From NCBI GenBank assembly GCA_965231125.1, contig OZ246414.1:512137-576136 (forward strand): 64,000 nucleotides of DNA, in the 5' to 3' direction. This DNA comes from an uncultured Gammaproteobacteria bacterium (GTDB lineage Bacteria > Patescibacteriota > Microgenomatia > Woykebacterales > RBG-16-39-9b). The number at the start of each line of letters is the position of its first letter. Within the stretch, counting starts at the first letter, position 1. The position numbers and the translations under genes are program-made. This document shows, piece by piece, positions 10,211 to 20,467 of this stretch. The notes beneath the pieces are model-generated. The model saw only the letters and a program-made list of their open reading frames with translations. It had not been told where the DNA came from and searched no databases.

Positions 10211-11092
10211 ATGAAAGACATCGAGTCGAAGATAAATAATTTGATTAAATCTACCAACCGAACTTGGGGTGTTTATGCAGAGGATATAGACACAGGTAAA
10301 AAGTTTGTACTCAACGAAAACAGAGTTTTTGAAACAGCAAGTACTATAAAGCTTTTCATTCTATTTGCGTTGTTTCAGAAAGTAAAGCTAGAAAAAGTTA
10401 ACTTAAAGACGCTTGTTAATGTCAAAAAAGAACATATCGGCGTGGTCGGTAGAAGTAGCGGTATCTTGCAGTATTTTAAACATTCGCATCCCTTGTCTTT
10501 ATACAATATTGCCCTGCTCATGATAATCATGAGTGATAATCCGGCAACTAATGTTTTGATAGATTATTTGGGTAAGGACTACATTAACGATTATATTTCC
10601 AAAGACTTGCAGTTAGAAAAAACTAAGCTTTTGACAGGCAAAGTAGATTTTCCAAAAAATTTTAGAGTTGAAAACACAAAAATGGGCACGACAACTCCTT
10701 ATGAAATTGCAACAACGCTAAAGAAATTAGAAGAAAACAAACTATTTGATAAAAAGACTTCAAAAAAAATAATCGAGATTCTTTCAAATCAGTTCTTTTC
10801 TAATGATATTCCGAGATACTTACCTACATGGATAAATGTAGGGATTAAAAGGTACAAAATAAGGAAGATCGCTAATAAAACCGGCTCAATTACCTACGAA
10901 GATGATAATTACTTCACGACAAGAAGCGATGCAGCTCTAATATACACTAAAAATAATCGCCGCTTTGTAATAGTTATCTATCATGAGGGGCCGAGCGATT
11001 ATAACCACTTATACACACCAGACAATAAGTACAGAATAATCGGAAGCAGAATTAGTAAAGCTTTATTCGACTATTTTTTTAAGAACGCTTAG
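10211..11092 (+). CDS. Class A beta-lactamase-like serine hydrolase (no signal peptide)
   Basis: ASTIK (SxxK), SDN, KTG motifs. Confidence 0.85.
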   Translation: MKDIESKINNLIKSTNRTWGVYAEDIDTGKKFVLNENRVFETASTIKLFILFALFQKVKLEKVNLKTLVNVKKEHIGVVGRSSGILQYFKHSHPLSLYNIALLMIIMSDNPATNVLIDYLGKDYINDYISKDLQLEKTKLLTGKVDFPKNFRVENTKMGTTTPYEIATTLKKLEENKLFDKKTSKKIIEILSNQFFSNDIPRYLPTWINVGIKRYKIRKIANKTGSITYEDDNYFTTRSDAALIYTKNNRRFVIVIYHEGPSDYNHLYTPDNKYRIIGSRISKALFDYFFKNA

Positions 11093-11093
11093 A

Positions 11094-11516
11094 TTAACTT
11101 GCTGGCCAGGGGAAAGGCATCATATCATCTAGAGCAATTTCCTTAGTCTCGCCGTGTTGATTTGCCAAGATAATTAGCATTGGAATTTTTGAACGTAGAT
11201 AGCTTTCCCAAAGAAGTTGTTTACACATGTGGCAAGGCGCGGTAAATTCGCCTTTCCTAACAGGTTCATTGCTGGTTATGGCGATGGCTACTATCCCACT
11301 TTCGCCGTGGGCGGCGGCGTGCGACAAGGCGGCTTGTTCTGCGTGCAGTGTTAAAGAAGCAGTATCTGAACCATAATTACTAGCGGAGTAGATATTGCCT
11401 TTTTTAGTTAATACGGCGGCGGAATAAACCAACGGGTTATCTTTCGGATAAACGTTCTTAAGCGCCTTTTTAGCCTCACTAACAAGTTTTTCTTTTTGTA
11501 CCTTTGTTATTTTCAT
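11094..11516 (-). CDS. cdd: Cytidine deaminase family protein
   Basis: HAEQAA and PCHMC zinc motifs. Confidence 0.85.
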   Translation of the reverse strand: MKITKVQKEKLVSEAKKALKNVYPKDNPLVYSAAVLTKKGNIYSASNYGSDTASLTLHAEQAALSHAAAHGESGIVAIAITSNEPVRKGEFTAPCHMCKQLLWESYLRSKIPMLIILANQHGETKEIALDDMMPFPWPAS

Positions 11517-11606
11517 ATTTTGAATTCTACTTTTTTACGTAGTTAAAAAGCAAGAATGTTCACTTATTGTGGAGATTCTTATACATAAAATGCTAGAATG
11601 TTAGCG

Positions 11607-12236
11607 ATGGAAAAAGCCAGTTCAAAAGTACAACTTCCCATAAACAAAGCGCATCGTGTTATTTCCCCACGTATTGCTTACATAGTCACGAGTGTTGACA
11701 AACAGGGCAAAGTTAACGCCGCCTCTTTTTCAAACATAACTTCTGTTTCAACTGAACCAGAAAGATTGGTGCTAGCGGTTTATAAAGACTGGGATACATT
11801 AAAAAATATCCGCGGGACAAAAGAATTTGTTGTGAACGTTCCACCGAAAGAACTAATAGAACAGGTTTGGATTTGTGGGGATAAATATGCTGGTAATCCT
11901 ATACCTCGAGGAGTTAATGAGTTAGAGGTAGCTGATCTAACACAAATTCCATCTGAAAAAATTGCACCTCCTCGTATTGCTGAGTGCAATATGCATTTAG
12001 AGTGCAAGATGGTTTGGATAAAAAATGTCGGTAATCATTATTTGATTTTGGCAGATATAGTATCCGCTTCATCAACATCGGGAAGTTTCGACGAGGATTT
12101 CATTCAAAATATAAATCAAACCGCACCGCTGATGGAAATTTCGAGCGGTTTTTTCACTTATCCTGAGCAAGCCATTGAAGTAGATAGAGAAAAAGCTAAA
12201 AACAAAGTAGCAGAAAAATTAAAGAAAAATGAATAG
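11607..12236 (+). CDS. Flavin reductase family protein
   Basis: VNAASFS, DTLKNIRGTKEFVVNV, PPRIAEC, GNH; start probably 11607 (TAGAAT 7 nt upstream). Confidence 0.88.
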   Translation: MEKASSKVQLPINKAHRVISPRIAYIVTSVDKQGKVNAASFSNITSVSTEPERLVLAVYKDWDTLKNIRGTKEFVVNVPPKELIEQVWICGDKYAGNPIPRGVNELEVADLTQIPSEKIAPPRIAECNMHLECKMVWIKNVGNHYLILADIVSASSTSGSFDEDFIQNINQTAPLMEISSGFFTYPEQAIEVDREKAKNKVAEKLKKNE

Positions 12237-12648
12237 TGATTGCCCTTTTTGCGATTTTAAGGAAGACAGGATTTTAAAAGAAGGCGAACATGCCTACGTT
12301 ATCTTTAGTAACCCAAGATTAATGCCAGGGCATCTTCTTGTGATATCTAAGCGACATGTTCAAAAGCTTTTGCAACTGTCAGAAGAAGAGCGAAAAGAAA
12401 TTATGGATTTTGTTATCGAGTTTGAAGAAAAGATTTTAGATAAGCTTGCGTTAGGATGTGATATTCGTCAAAATTACAAACCTTACGTTAAAAACAGCCA
12501 AACCCATGTGAGTCATTTTCACTTTCACTTGAATCCAAGAAATTTTGAAGACGAGCTTTACGAGAAGGCGGACATCTACCGAAAACCTCTTTATAGAAAG
12601 TTGCCCGACGAAGAAAGAGAAAGACTTTTTAATTTTCTTAAGGACTAG
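12229..12648 (+). CDS. HIT family hydrolase
   Basis: CPFC, PGHLLVI, HFHFH triad. Confidence 0.92.
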   Translation: MNSDCPFCDFKEDRILKEGEHAYVIFSNPRLMPGHLLVISKRHVQKLLQLSEEERKEIMDFVIEFEEKILDKLALGCDIRQNYKPYVKNSQTHVSHFHFHLNPRNFEDELYEKADIYRKPLYRKLPDEERERLFNFLKD

Positions 12649-12655
12649 GGTTTAA

Positions 12656-13135
12656 ATGGAAAAATCTCGAAACATAAAATCCACGGTTTCTGTTTTCATT
12701 CAAAAAGACGGAAAATGGTTGATGCTGCGCCGAGCCAAAGATAAAAAATATTTGCCGGGAATTATTAATGGGCCAGGCGGGAAAATTGAAAGAGGCGAGG
12801 GCATTTTAGAAGCCGCCAGACGCGAGCTTATGGAAGAGACTGGTACTGCTGCCAAGAACTTAAAGTTGAAGGCAGCCGGAGTTGGCGGGTTTATTGACGA
12901 TGAAGATGAATATCATTTTAAGGTTGTAGTTGGGGATTGGGAGGTTGGTAATCCAAAGACAACTGATGGCCAGCTGCTTTGGCTAACTCCAGAGGAAGTT
13001 CTAGCCGAGAAAGACACTCTAGCTGAGCTACTACACGTTTTTAAGAAATTTGTCGATCCGGACCAGCCAGTTTTTACCTATAAATCTCTTTATACCCACC
13101 CGAATAACTTAGTTGAGATTGTTGTTGAGGAATAA
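12656..13135 (+). CDS. NUDIX hydrolase (MutT-like)
   Basis: GGKIERGEGILEAARRELMEETG Nudix box. Confidence 0.92.
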   Translation: MEKSRNIKSTVSVFIQKDGKWLMLRRAKDKKYLPGIINGPGGKIERGEGILEAARRELMEETGTAAKNLKLKAAGVGGFIDDEDEYHFKVVVGDWEVGNPKTTDGQLLWLTPEEVLAEKDTLAELLHVFKKFVDPDQPVFTYKSLYTHPNNLVEIVVEE

Positions 13136-13819
13136 TTAATTGTTAATGTTTTTAATCCCAATTTCGGGAAAGATGATTTTGTTGTCAAAAGTGAGAATGA
13201 ATTCAATTACTTTGGCCACTTCGTTTGGAGTTAGAGAATTCTCCATGGATTTTTTAAAGCCGGCTTTTTCGAAAAGCTTAGTGTTTATCATGCCAGGGTA
13301 GATGCCAGTTACGCCAATGCCGTATTTTGCTAGTTCCGGTTGCAAAGCTTTTGTAAACCCAGTAACGGCCCATTTAGAAGCGGTGTAGACCGACCGCTGG
13401 ACTCTTGCGTAAAACCCGGCTTGGCTAATAATGTTGATTATTAACCCAGATTTGCGCTTTTTCATCACCGGAATAGTAGCTTTTGTTAATAAAATAGTAC
13501 CAGTAGTGTTTACTTCGACGGCTCTTTCTACTTCTTCGGGAGAATTTTCTTCAAGCTCTCCTTGAATCCAGAGCCCAGCGTTATTAATCAGACAATCAAT
13601 TCTCTTGTATTTTTCGACAATTCTTTCGATTGCGCCTTCTACATCTTCCCATTTGGAAACACCGCAGACTTCAAAATCTACACCTAGTCCCATTGCCGCC
13701 TTTTCCACTTTTTCTTTGGTAGGGGAGAGGATAATAACTTTGTGGGATTTTGAAAGAGTGCGGGCGATTTCTTTACCCAAACCGTCACTCCCACCAGATA
13801 TAACGACAACTTTTTCCAT
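13136..13819 (-). CDS. SDR family oxidoreductase
   Basis: SGGSDGLG, NNAG, YTASK. Confidence 0.93.
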   Translation of the reverse strand: MEKVVVISGGSDGLGKEIARTLSKSHKVIILSPTKEKVEKAAMGLGVDFEVCGVSKWEDVEGAIERIVEKYKRIDCLINNAGLWIQGELEENSPEEVERAVEVNTTGTILLTKATIPVMKKRKSGLIINIISQAGFYARVQRSVYTASKWAVTGFTKALQPELAKYGIGVTGIYPGMINTKLFEKAGFKKSMENSLTPNEVAKVIEFILTFDNKIIFPEIGIKNINN

Positions 13820-14031
13820 AGGGCAATTATAGCAAATTAACTCAATAAAATTTTGTAGCTTACACCAAAAATGCTAGGAGGGAAACTTAAAATTAGATAA
13901 CTTAGATTCCTGACTTTAATTTGCACTACTTATGCTATAGAATATAGGTAGCATTTAAATTTATTGTTGACTAGCATTTACAATAATGCAGGTGATAGAA
14001 TAAAAGCAGCCCTAAAAATTCTAAACTGTCC

Positions 14032-16878
14032 ATGTCTCAGTCAACAAGTTTTTTAGATTCTGTTAAAAAACCTCTTACAAAATTTAGTAAATCTAGTTTT
14101 CTACGCTCTCGGAGAATCTGGGCCCTTGTAGGCTTAATAGGTTTAATTATAGTTTTTTGGGCGTTGCCAACTTATGCTGCTGCCGCACCTGGGCAAATTG
14201 GTTATCCAATAAAACGTGCTGAAGAAGCAGTTGTAGTCGCTTTGGCACCAACAAGTGGTTTACGTGATAGCCTAAAACTAGATTTTGCGGTTCGTAGGGT
14301 CCGAGAAGCAGCCTATATAGCTAACCAAGCAGATCAAGCCGGAACGGAATCGACTATCGGTTATCTACTTAACCACGGTCTAGCTAACTACGTTTATGCT
14401 GCTACTAACTCTAGTCAAGATGAGGCGAAAACGGCTGCTACAATTAATGACCTACTCCTACAATTCGAATCAACCTACAAAAATAATACCGAACAATTAG
14501 ACCAAACTGTTGATCAAGATAAAAAGATTTCTCAAACAGATGCTGAGAAATTTAGAAAAAATACTGTTGATATTTACACCAGATTAGAACTTCTGCGCTT
14601 GCAGGCACCAAGCGCAGCGCAACTGTCTGTACTCACGAGTATTGATACTATCCAACAAAACTTGGCTGTCGTAAATGATTTGTTGGGTAAAGCGCCAATT
14701 TCCGTTAGTGATGTTTCGCAGCTTACTAAACTTGTTCCAGCTGGACTTCTTTCTAAAACTGACGTGGATAGTCTACTAAACAAAGTCAGCAGTAATCGAG
14801 AGTTCCACACCAAACTTAAAGATTTAGTTAATACAGGTAAACTACCCTCAGATATACTATATAGTCTCGACCAAGATGTTATTAAGCAGGTAAATCCATC
14901 ACAAGCCAACGTTTTTGAAGCAGTATCCGAATTTGAGCAAATGGAGCGTATCAGCGCAGTGATTCAAGCTAGCCGACCAACTGCTGCCCAACAGCAGGAT
15001 ATCCAAAATTATTTAGCCACTTACAAGCCGGGTCGGCAAATACCAAAAAATGATAGCAAACGATTTGTAGTACCGATTGTCTATGGTATGACACTCGCCG
15101 GCCAACTACAAACAGATATTTCTAGCCTTGATAATGTTCACCTTAATAGTGATGACCAAGCACTTTTCGACAAATGGAAGGGTAGCTTAACCGCCAACCA
15201 ACAAAATCTTAGTCAGCTTTACCAACAATTAATGACCGGTGCGTCTCTTCAGCCGGAGTTGCACACTCGAGCTCTAATACGTATGCAGTCTGAACTGGTT
15301 GACGGCGAAAAAGAGGACGTGACTCATTTGGTACTACCACCCGGATGGAATGCCGATCAACTCGGTCCCTTAAGCAACCAAATGGCAGTCGAGATTGCCG
15401 AGGCGAGATTTATCCAATCTAGTCCAAAAGAGCAAGAATCACAAATTACTCTTACTCAGAAAGAATTGCAGAAGAGCCTGGAAACCGTCAAAGAATCTCA
15501 GAGCAAGACCTTAACTACTTTGAAAACTCGTATTAACAATTTTTCAGGTACGCCAGAAGAACTTACTAAGCTAAAAGAAAGCTTTACTCTCTTAACTGCC
15601 GACCAAACCAATACCCTCACTACCTTGAAGTCTCAAATCGATGGGTTAGGCACGGCCCATTTACAACTAACTGGTTCCATAGAAACTGTTGCTAAAGAGC
15701 AGCTTATCGCTTTAACCGAACTAGAACTAAGAGCAGCTAGTAATGCCACACAACTGACAACGTCTGTAAAAACTGATCTTTCAGCTAAACTAGTTAAGCT
15801 TGAGCAAACCAATCAGCAGTTGGTCAATGCTTTTCAAACTAAAATTGATAGTCTAGACACTACCCAAACCGATTTGCAAACACAATTAACCAACTCTATT
15901 GAAACGATTCAAAACAATCAAACAGACATCGAGACACGTTTGCAAGCTCAGATTGATTCAGGTTTAGCAGCTGCTGGGCAACTGCAGACTACTCTGAGTA
16001 GTGTACAAACTAGTATTACTGGGCAAGCCAGTCAACTCTCAACCCTCGGGACTAGTACTACTGCGCTAACTACACTTGTCAATCAAGTCAAAACTACTTC
16101 GACAGAGCAATCCACGCAGCTACAGAGTCAAATTGATGGTTTAAAAATTGAACAACAGAGTGTCCGAGACTCGATTGAAACTTTGAGAACCCAACAGACA
16201 GCTGAACTGAACCAATTAACAGGACAGTTAACAACTCTGAATGCTCTACAAACCGAAACCCAAGTAACTCTTGAAACACTTGCTACGCAACAAACGAACC
16301 TCGCCTCTGATATAATCAATCTATCAAATAACTTTACACAAGTGCAATCGCTTCTGTATGATGTCGAGGAATCCCAAACTGCGGTTCAAGCTGATATTAC
16401 GAACCAACAGTCAGAGCTTACTAGTTTAAGCACGCAAACCCAAGCAGCTTTGAGCGACTTGAGCGGGCAACTCTCTCAATTTACTTCCCAGCTTGGCAGT
16501 TTGACTGCAACGGCGACAACTTTATCCCAGGTAGTAACGAGCATAGAACAAGCCAGCAGCGCAACCCAGAGCGAACTCGACACCTTAATAGCCAACCCAC
16601 CTTGGTCGATCATACCGGAAGGTACTTACGTTACTGCCTCCCAGTTCGATACTTTAAAAACTGAAATTGATAGTCAATTTGCCCAAAAATCAGCCGAGCT
16701 CGATCAAGAATTTCAGGCATATCAGCAGCTGCTCCACGCCGAGGTGCAGCAGCTCGGTCAAACAACTAGCAGCCAAAATACTACTTTGCAGCAAGAAGTT
16801 AACGAACTACGTCAACAATTGGAAACTTTGCAAACCCAGGTCGAACAATTGACTCCGCCAACTACTCCTGGTTTATAA
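14032..16878 (+). CDS. Large membrane-anchored coiled-coil protein with DUF5667-like N-terminus
   Basis: TM, PG...YPIKRAEE, RRVRE; long Q/T/S/L heptad-rich C-terminal half. Confidence 0.8.
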   Translation: MSQSTSFLDSVKKPLTKFSKSSFLRSRRIWALVGLIGLIIVFWALPTYAAAAPGQIGYPIKRAEEAVVVALAPTSGLRDSLKLDFAVRRVREAAYIANQADQAGTESTIGYLLNHGLANYVYAATNSSQDEAKTAATINDLLLQFESTYKNNTEQLDQTVDQDKKISQTDAEKFRKNTVDIYTRLELLRLQAPSAAQLSVLTSIDTIQQNLAVVNDLLGKAPISVSDVSQLTKLVPAGLLSKTDVDSLLNKVSSNREFHTKLKDLVNTGKLPSDILYSLDQDVIKQVNPSQANVFEAVSEFEQMERISAVIQASRPTAAQQQDIQNYLATYKPGRQIPKNDSKRFVVPIVYGMTLAGQLQTDISSLDNVHLNSDDQALFDKWKGSLTANQQNLSQLYQQLMTGASLQPELHTRALIRMQSELVDGEKEDVTHLVLPPGWNADQLGPLSNQMAVEIAEARFIQSSPKEQESQITLTQKELQKSLETVKESQSKTLTTLKTRINNFSGTPEELTKLKESFTLLTADQTNTLTTLKSQIDGLGTAHLQLTGSIETVAKEQLIALTELELRAASNATQLTTSVKTDLSAKLVKLEQTNQQLVNAFQTKIDSLDTTQTDLQTQLTNSIETIQNNQTDIETRLQAQIDSGLAAAGQLQTTLSSVQTSITGQASQLSTLGTSTTALTTLVNQVKTTSTEQSTQLQSQIDGLKIEQQSVRDSIETLRTQQTAELNQLTGQLTTLNALQTETQVTLETLATQQTNLASDIINLSNNFTQVQSLLYDVEESQTAVQADITNQQSELTSLSTQTQAALSDLSGQLSQFTSQLGSLTATATTLSQVVTSIEQASSATQSELDTLIANPPWSIIPEGTYVTASQFDTLKTEIDSQFAQKSAELDQEFQAYQQLLHAEVQQLGQTTSSQNTTLQQEVNELRQQLETLQTQVEQLTPPTTPGL

Positions 16879-16909
16879 ACCCTATGGGTTTGCGCTTAAA
16901 AATCTAATG

Positions 16910-16951
16910 ATCGCTAGCGCGCCTTGCGTCCTTCGGACTAATGCTCGCTCT
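16910..16951. repeat. Small intergenic palindromic (REP-like) element
   Basis: GC-rich patch with GTCC-TTCG-GAC hairpin and TGCTCG motif in AT-rich intergenic DNA. Confidence 0.45.
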
Positions 16952-16970
16952 GAAATAGAAAGAAGGTAAA

Positions 16971-17117
16971 ATGAGAATCTTGGAATTTATAGCAGCAGTA
17001 TTAGTAGTTTTATGGTTAGTTGGTTTTATTCTCCATATTGCCGGAAACTTAATCCATTTTCTACTAATAGCAGCAATTATTGTTTTAGCATTTAGATTTT
17101 TTAAGAAAATTTTCTAG
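16971..17117 (+). CDS. lmo0937/DUF5670-like small membrane protein (48 aa, not in ORF track)
   Basis: MRILEFIAAVLVVLWLVGFILHIAGNLIHFLLIAAIIVLAFRFFKKIF; GAAGGT upstream. Confidence 0.85.
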   Translation: MRILEFIAAVLVVLWLVGFILHIAGNLIHFLLIAAIIVLAFRFFKKIF

Positions 17118-17408
17118 ATTCAATTGAACCAAGTCTAGAGCAACAAAAAGTCCTTCTTAGTTCGATTTTTCCCTCCAGAATTGCTTGGAACTACCCGGGC
17201 ATTTCGAGCTACGATATTGTGCCGTTGTATCAATCAATTATTACATTTACAACTCCTGGTGTCCACTTTGGTGACCCTAGCAACTCTGCAATTAAACACC
17301 TTAGTACAGGTTCTACAACAATGGCGAAGTCTAAACCTTCTTCAACCACTTGAAGCTAACAATAAGTTTAGTGGTAACTACCTAAGTTGATTAGAATCTT
17401 AGTAAAAC

Positions 17409-18356
17409 TCATTTACTGAACAGTATTAACAATAGATACGATGCGAAAACAACCAATAATATTAGCCCAAAATACTGAGGAACTCTCTTACCTTTATAAG
17501 TATAAATTAGAAAACAGAAAATTAGGCTAAAAACTGCAAAAAAGAACAAAGGGATGAGGTTAGTTATTCCTTTAGCATTAAAAATACCCAAGATACCACC
17601 ACCGATAAGAATATTGTAGATATTGCTACCCAAGATATTTCCAACCGCCAGTTTATCTTCTTTTTTCAAAAGACTAGTTACTGTAATAACGAGCTCTGGT
17701 AGAGATGTACTTATAGAGACTGCAACCAACCCAATCAAAAATGGAGACACGCCAAGCAGGTAGGCTAGTTTTACTCCAGAATCTACCAATAACTTACTAC
17801 CAAGAAGAAGGGAGGATAGTGACAAAGCTAAAAGGAGAACCGCCAGCAGTAGGTTTCTATGGTCTTTACCAAGTTCATTTAGCACTTTCTTATCCTCGTC
17901 CAACGCACCTTGCTCACCTTGCCTGATTTGCCACACTATAGCTGCTATACCTAGGGAAAGAAGTAACAGTCCTGTTACAACTTGAAGCCCCATCAGAAGT
18001 AAAATGAAAAAGAATAAAGTGCTTAGCAAGAGGTAAAAAAGCATATTCTTTTGAGTTTTTAATGTTCCGATATAGATACTGCGAAAAGTCAAGGCTAAAC
18101 CAAAAATCAAACCAATGTTTGCAATGTTAGAACCAACAATATCTCCTAGAGAAAGTTCGGTTGTGTGATTAAGACCACTTTGCAGGGCAACAGAAATTTC
18201 GGGCAGCGAAGTCCCAATCGCTACAACTGTAAAACCAATTACTAAAGGAGAGATACGAATCTTTCCTGCTAGTATCAGGGCATTTCTAACAAGCCCCCTG
18301 CTTCCTAAGAGCAGAAACAACAATCCTGTAAGAAAGAGCAGAATATTTGGGAGCAT
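17409..18356 (-). CDS. Calcium/sodium antiporter (YrbG-like)
   Basis: Two alpha repeats GTSLPE...GSNIAN and STSLPE...GNILGSNIYN. Confidence 0.93.
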   Translation of the reverse strand: MLPNILLFLTGLLFLLLGSRGLVRNALILAGKIRISPLVIGFTVVAIGTSLPEISVALQSGLNHTTELSLGDIVGSNIANIGLIFGLALTFRSIYIGTLKTQKNMLFYLLLSTLFFFILLLMGLQVVTGLLLLSLGIAAIVWQIRQGEQGALDEDKKVLNELGKDHRNLLLAVLLLALSLSSLLLGSKLLVDSGVKLAYLLGVSPFLIGLVAVSISTSLPELVITVTSLLKKEDKLAVGNILGSNIYNILIGGGILGIFNAKGITNLIPLFFFAVFSLIFCFLIYTYKGKRVPQYFGLILLVVFASYLLLILFSK

Positions 18357-18405
18357 AGCTTTATTTTACCCCACTCTGAAAGAGAAAACAGTCTATAATG
18401 AAAGT

Positions 18406-18573
18406 ATGAAGTTAAAACACATCTGGTTGATTTTAGCCGCCTATGGAGTTTGGTTCGCAATTTTGTCTGGTTTAGAGCAAGCCTCCACTGGAAAATATTG
18501 GAAGTTTGCTTTGAGTTTGGTATTGGGGGTTGTAACCTACTGGATTATTGAACGAAGGTTAAAAGAAAAGTGA
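18406..18573 (+). CDS. Small two-TM hypothetical protein (55 aa, not in ORF track)
   Basis: MKLKHIWLILAAYGVWF...YWIIERRLKEK; TATAAT 5 nt upstream of ATG. Confidence 0.65.
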   Translation: MKLKHIWLILAAYGVWFAILSGLEQASTGKYWKFALSLVLGVVTYWIIERRLKEK

Positions 18574-18905
18574 CTAAATAAACTGCTACAACAACTAAAA
18601 TGGTGACCCACGTAAGTTCCTGTTCAGATTCAAGGACTTCGTGACTTAATTTAAGTTATCTGGATTATACGAATTGCAACCTCTATTAAACAAGTATTCT
18701 TATCTCTAAATAATGTAGACACTGATATTATCCTATAATTTACTTTGAAGGCTATTTTTGATATAATCCTTTCTAGTCTGCCTAAGTAAAATATGTTATT
18801 TGGGTTAGATACATTCCTTACAGTTGCCTTTTTATATTGTTCTTCCCCTGCTCTCGCATTTATCGATTTTGTGAATTTTAATAGTTGCACAGAACTATAT
18901 TGTTT

Positions 18906-19067
18906 ATGATTGGAGTAAACATTCTTGGTTCCAATATATTTGTTATATTCGGAGCCCATTTTAATAGCTTGGCAGCAAAGATACTGACGTCAGTAGCTGT
19001 TTTCCTGGCTATTTTAGTAATAAGCAGTTTTATCATCACCCGTCTCATCAAGCTTTTCGTTAAGTAA
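18906..19067 (+). CDS. Small membrane hypothetical protein
   Basis: Hydrophobic ORF ending 3 nt before GT2 start; start uncertain. Confidence 0.4.
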   Translation: MIGVNILGSNIFVIFGAHFNSLAAKILTSVAVFLAILVISSFIITRLIKLFVK

Positions 19068-19070
19068 CTT

Positions 19071-20369
19071 ATGAATACTACTCTCCCAATACTAACGGTG
19101 CTTGTGGTGACTTTAGGTTTAATTAATCTTTTTCGCTTGTCATTAATGTTGATTGGGTCTGATATCTATAACCTCAGAGTAAAAAGTAAACGTAACAAAC
19201 CTAACGACTACTTACCAAAAATAAGTGTAATAATCCCAGCTTACAATGAGCAGGAGAGTGTAGCTAAGTGTCTTACTTCTGTTTTTGAGGCTGACTATAA
19301 CCAGGAAAAATTGGAAGTAATCGTGGTTTGTGATGGATCAACCGATAAAACGCTTCAAGTGGTCGAGAGTTTTAGAAAGCAGTTTAATTTAAGCAATCTT
19401 AAAGTTGTGACCCAACCAAACTTAGGAAAAGCCCACGCTCTCAATAATGGAATGAAAAATCACGCAACAGGAGAACTCGTTATGTGCTTAGATGCCGATT
19501 CTTTCTTGGAAAAGACAGCGTTTCAAAAGGTTATCAAGTACTTTCAAGACGAAAAGGTAATGGCAGTAGCCGCAAATGTCAAAATAGCTGGAGCCAAAGG
19601 GCTATTGAACTTAATTCAACAGTTTGAATATTTAATTTGTTACCAAATGAAGCGGGCACAGTCCCAATACAATATTGAGTATATTATTGGCGGAATTGGT
19701 TCTGCCTTTAGAAAGAGCTATTTGGAGAAGGTTGGTTACTACGATGCTAACACAGTTACAGAGGATATTGATTTGACAATGAAAATTTTACGGGAAGGTA
19801 ATAAAAAAGTTAAAGTTACCTACGCTTCAGATGTTGTTTGTTACACGCAAGCCTGTGTAAGTATAAGGGATCTGATTAAGCAAAGATCAAGGTGGAAGTG
19901 GGGTAGGTATCAAACTTTCTTAAAGAATAAAGAAATGTTTTTTTCCTCTGACGAAAATTTCACTAAAGGGTTGTCCTGGTTCTATCTGCCTTTTGCTCTT
20001 TGGAACGACCTAACCTTCGTTTTTGAACCAATTATATTGGTCTTTATTGCGACTATTTCAATTATCTTTCGTGACCCACTGATTCTTTTATCCTCACTAG
20101 TGGTAATGACATTTTACTTAATAATGAACATCTTGGCAGAGGATACGGTTTCACTACCAAGTAAGATCAAAATGATTTTGATCTCACCCCTGATATATTT
20201 TCTTTTCTTTGTTCTAAGTTACGTGGAGTATGTTGCCTTGGTCAGCTCCCTCATCAAATTACCTACTTTAAGAAACAGTCTTTCAAACAACTTCAACAAA
20301 TGGGTTTCGCCTAAAAGAGTTGTGGCTATTTTAGCCGAACTAAGTATAAAAAGAAACAGTACAATTTGA
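19071..20369 (+). CDS. Processive GT2 glycosyltransferase (PgaC/IcaA-like)
   Basis: IPAYNE, DGSTD, GKAHALN, DAD, TED, QRSRW motif, C-terminal TMs. Confidence 0.92.
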   Translation: MNTTLPILTVLVVTLGLINLFRLSLMLIGSDIYNLRVKSKRNKPNDYLPKISVIIPAYNEQESVAKCLTSVFEADYNQEKLEVIVVCDGSTDKTLQVVESFRKQFNLSNLKVVTQPNLGKAHALNNGMKNHATGELVMCLDADSFLEKTAFQKVIKYFQDEKVMAVAANVKIAGAKGLLNLIQQFEYLICYQMKRAQSQYNIEYIIGGIGSAFRKSYLEKVGYYDANTVTEDIDLTMKILREGNKKVKVTYASDVVCYTQACVSIRDLIKQRSRWKWGRYQTFLKNKEMFFSSDENFTKGLSWFYLPFALWNDLTFVFEPIILVFIATISIIFRDPLILLSSLVVMTFYLIMNILAEDTVSLPSKIKMILISPLIYFLFFVLSYVEYVALVSSLIKLPTLRNSLSNNFNKWVSPKRVVAILAELSIKRNSTI

Positions 20370-20467
20370 GAGATAGAATCGTAGTTATCTGACTTACTAA
20401 CGGTACAAAGATAAGATGCAACTAAACCTTGTCTTTCAGAATTCTCTGCTATATAATTTAATCAACA

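Noticed and set aside
10211-11092. Bona fide antibiotic-resistance beta-lactamase
   Set aside because: No signal peptide and no clear Glu166 (ExxLN) motif
17120-17400. ORF 17181-17390 or an alternative-frame fragment
   Set aside because: No good start or recognisable motif; at most a gene remnant
18601-18620. TGGTGACCC as att duplicate of the tRNA-Glu 3' end
   Set aside because: Only 9 nt of identity, compatible with chance in 64 kb
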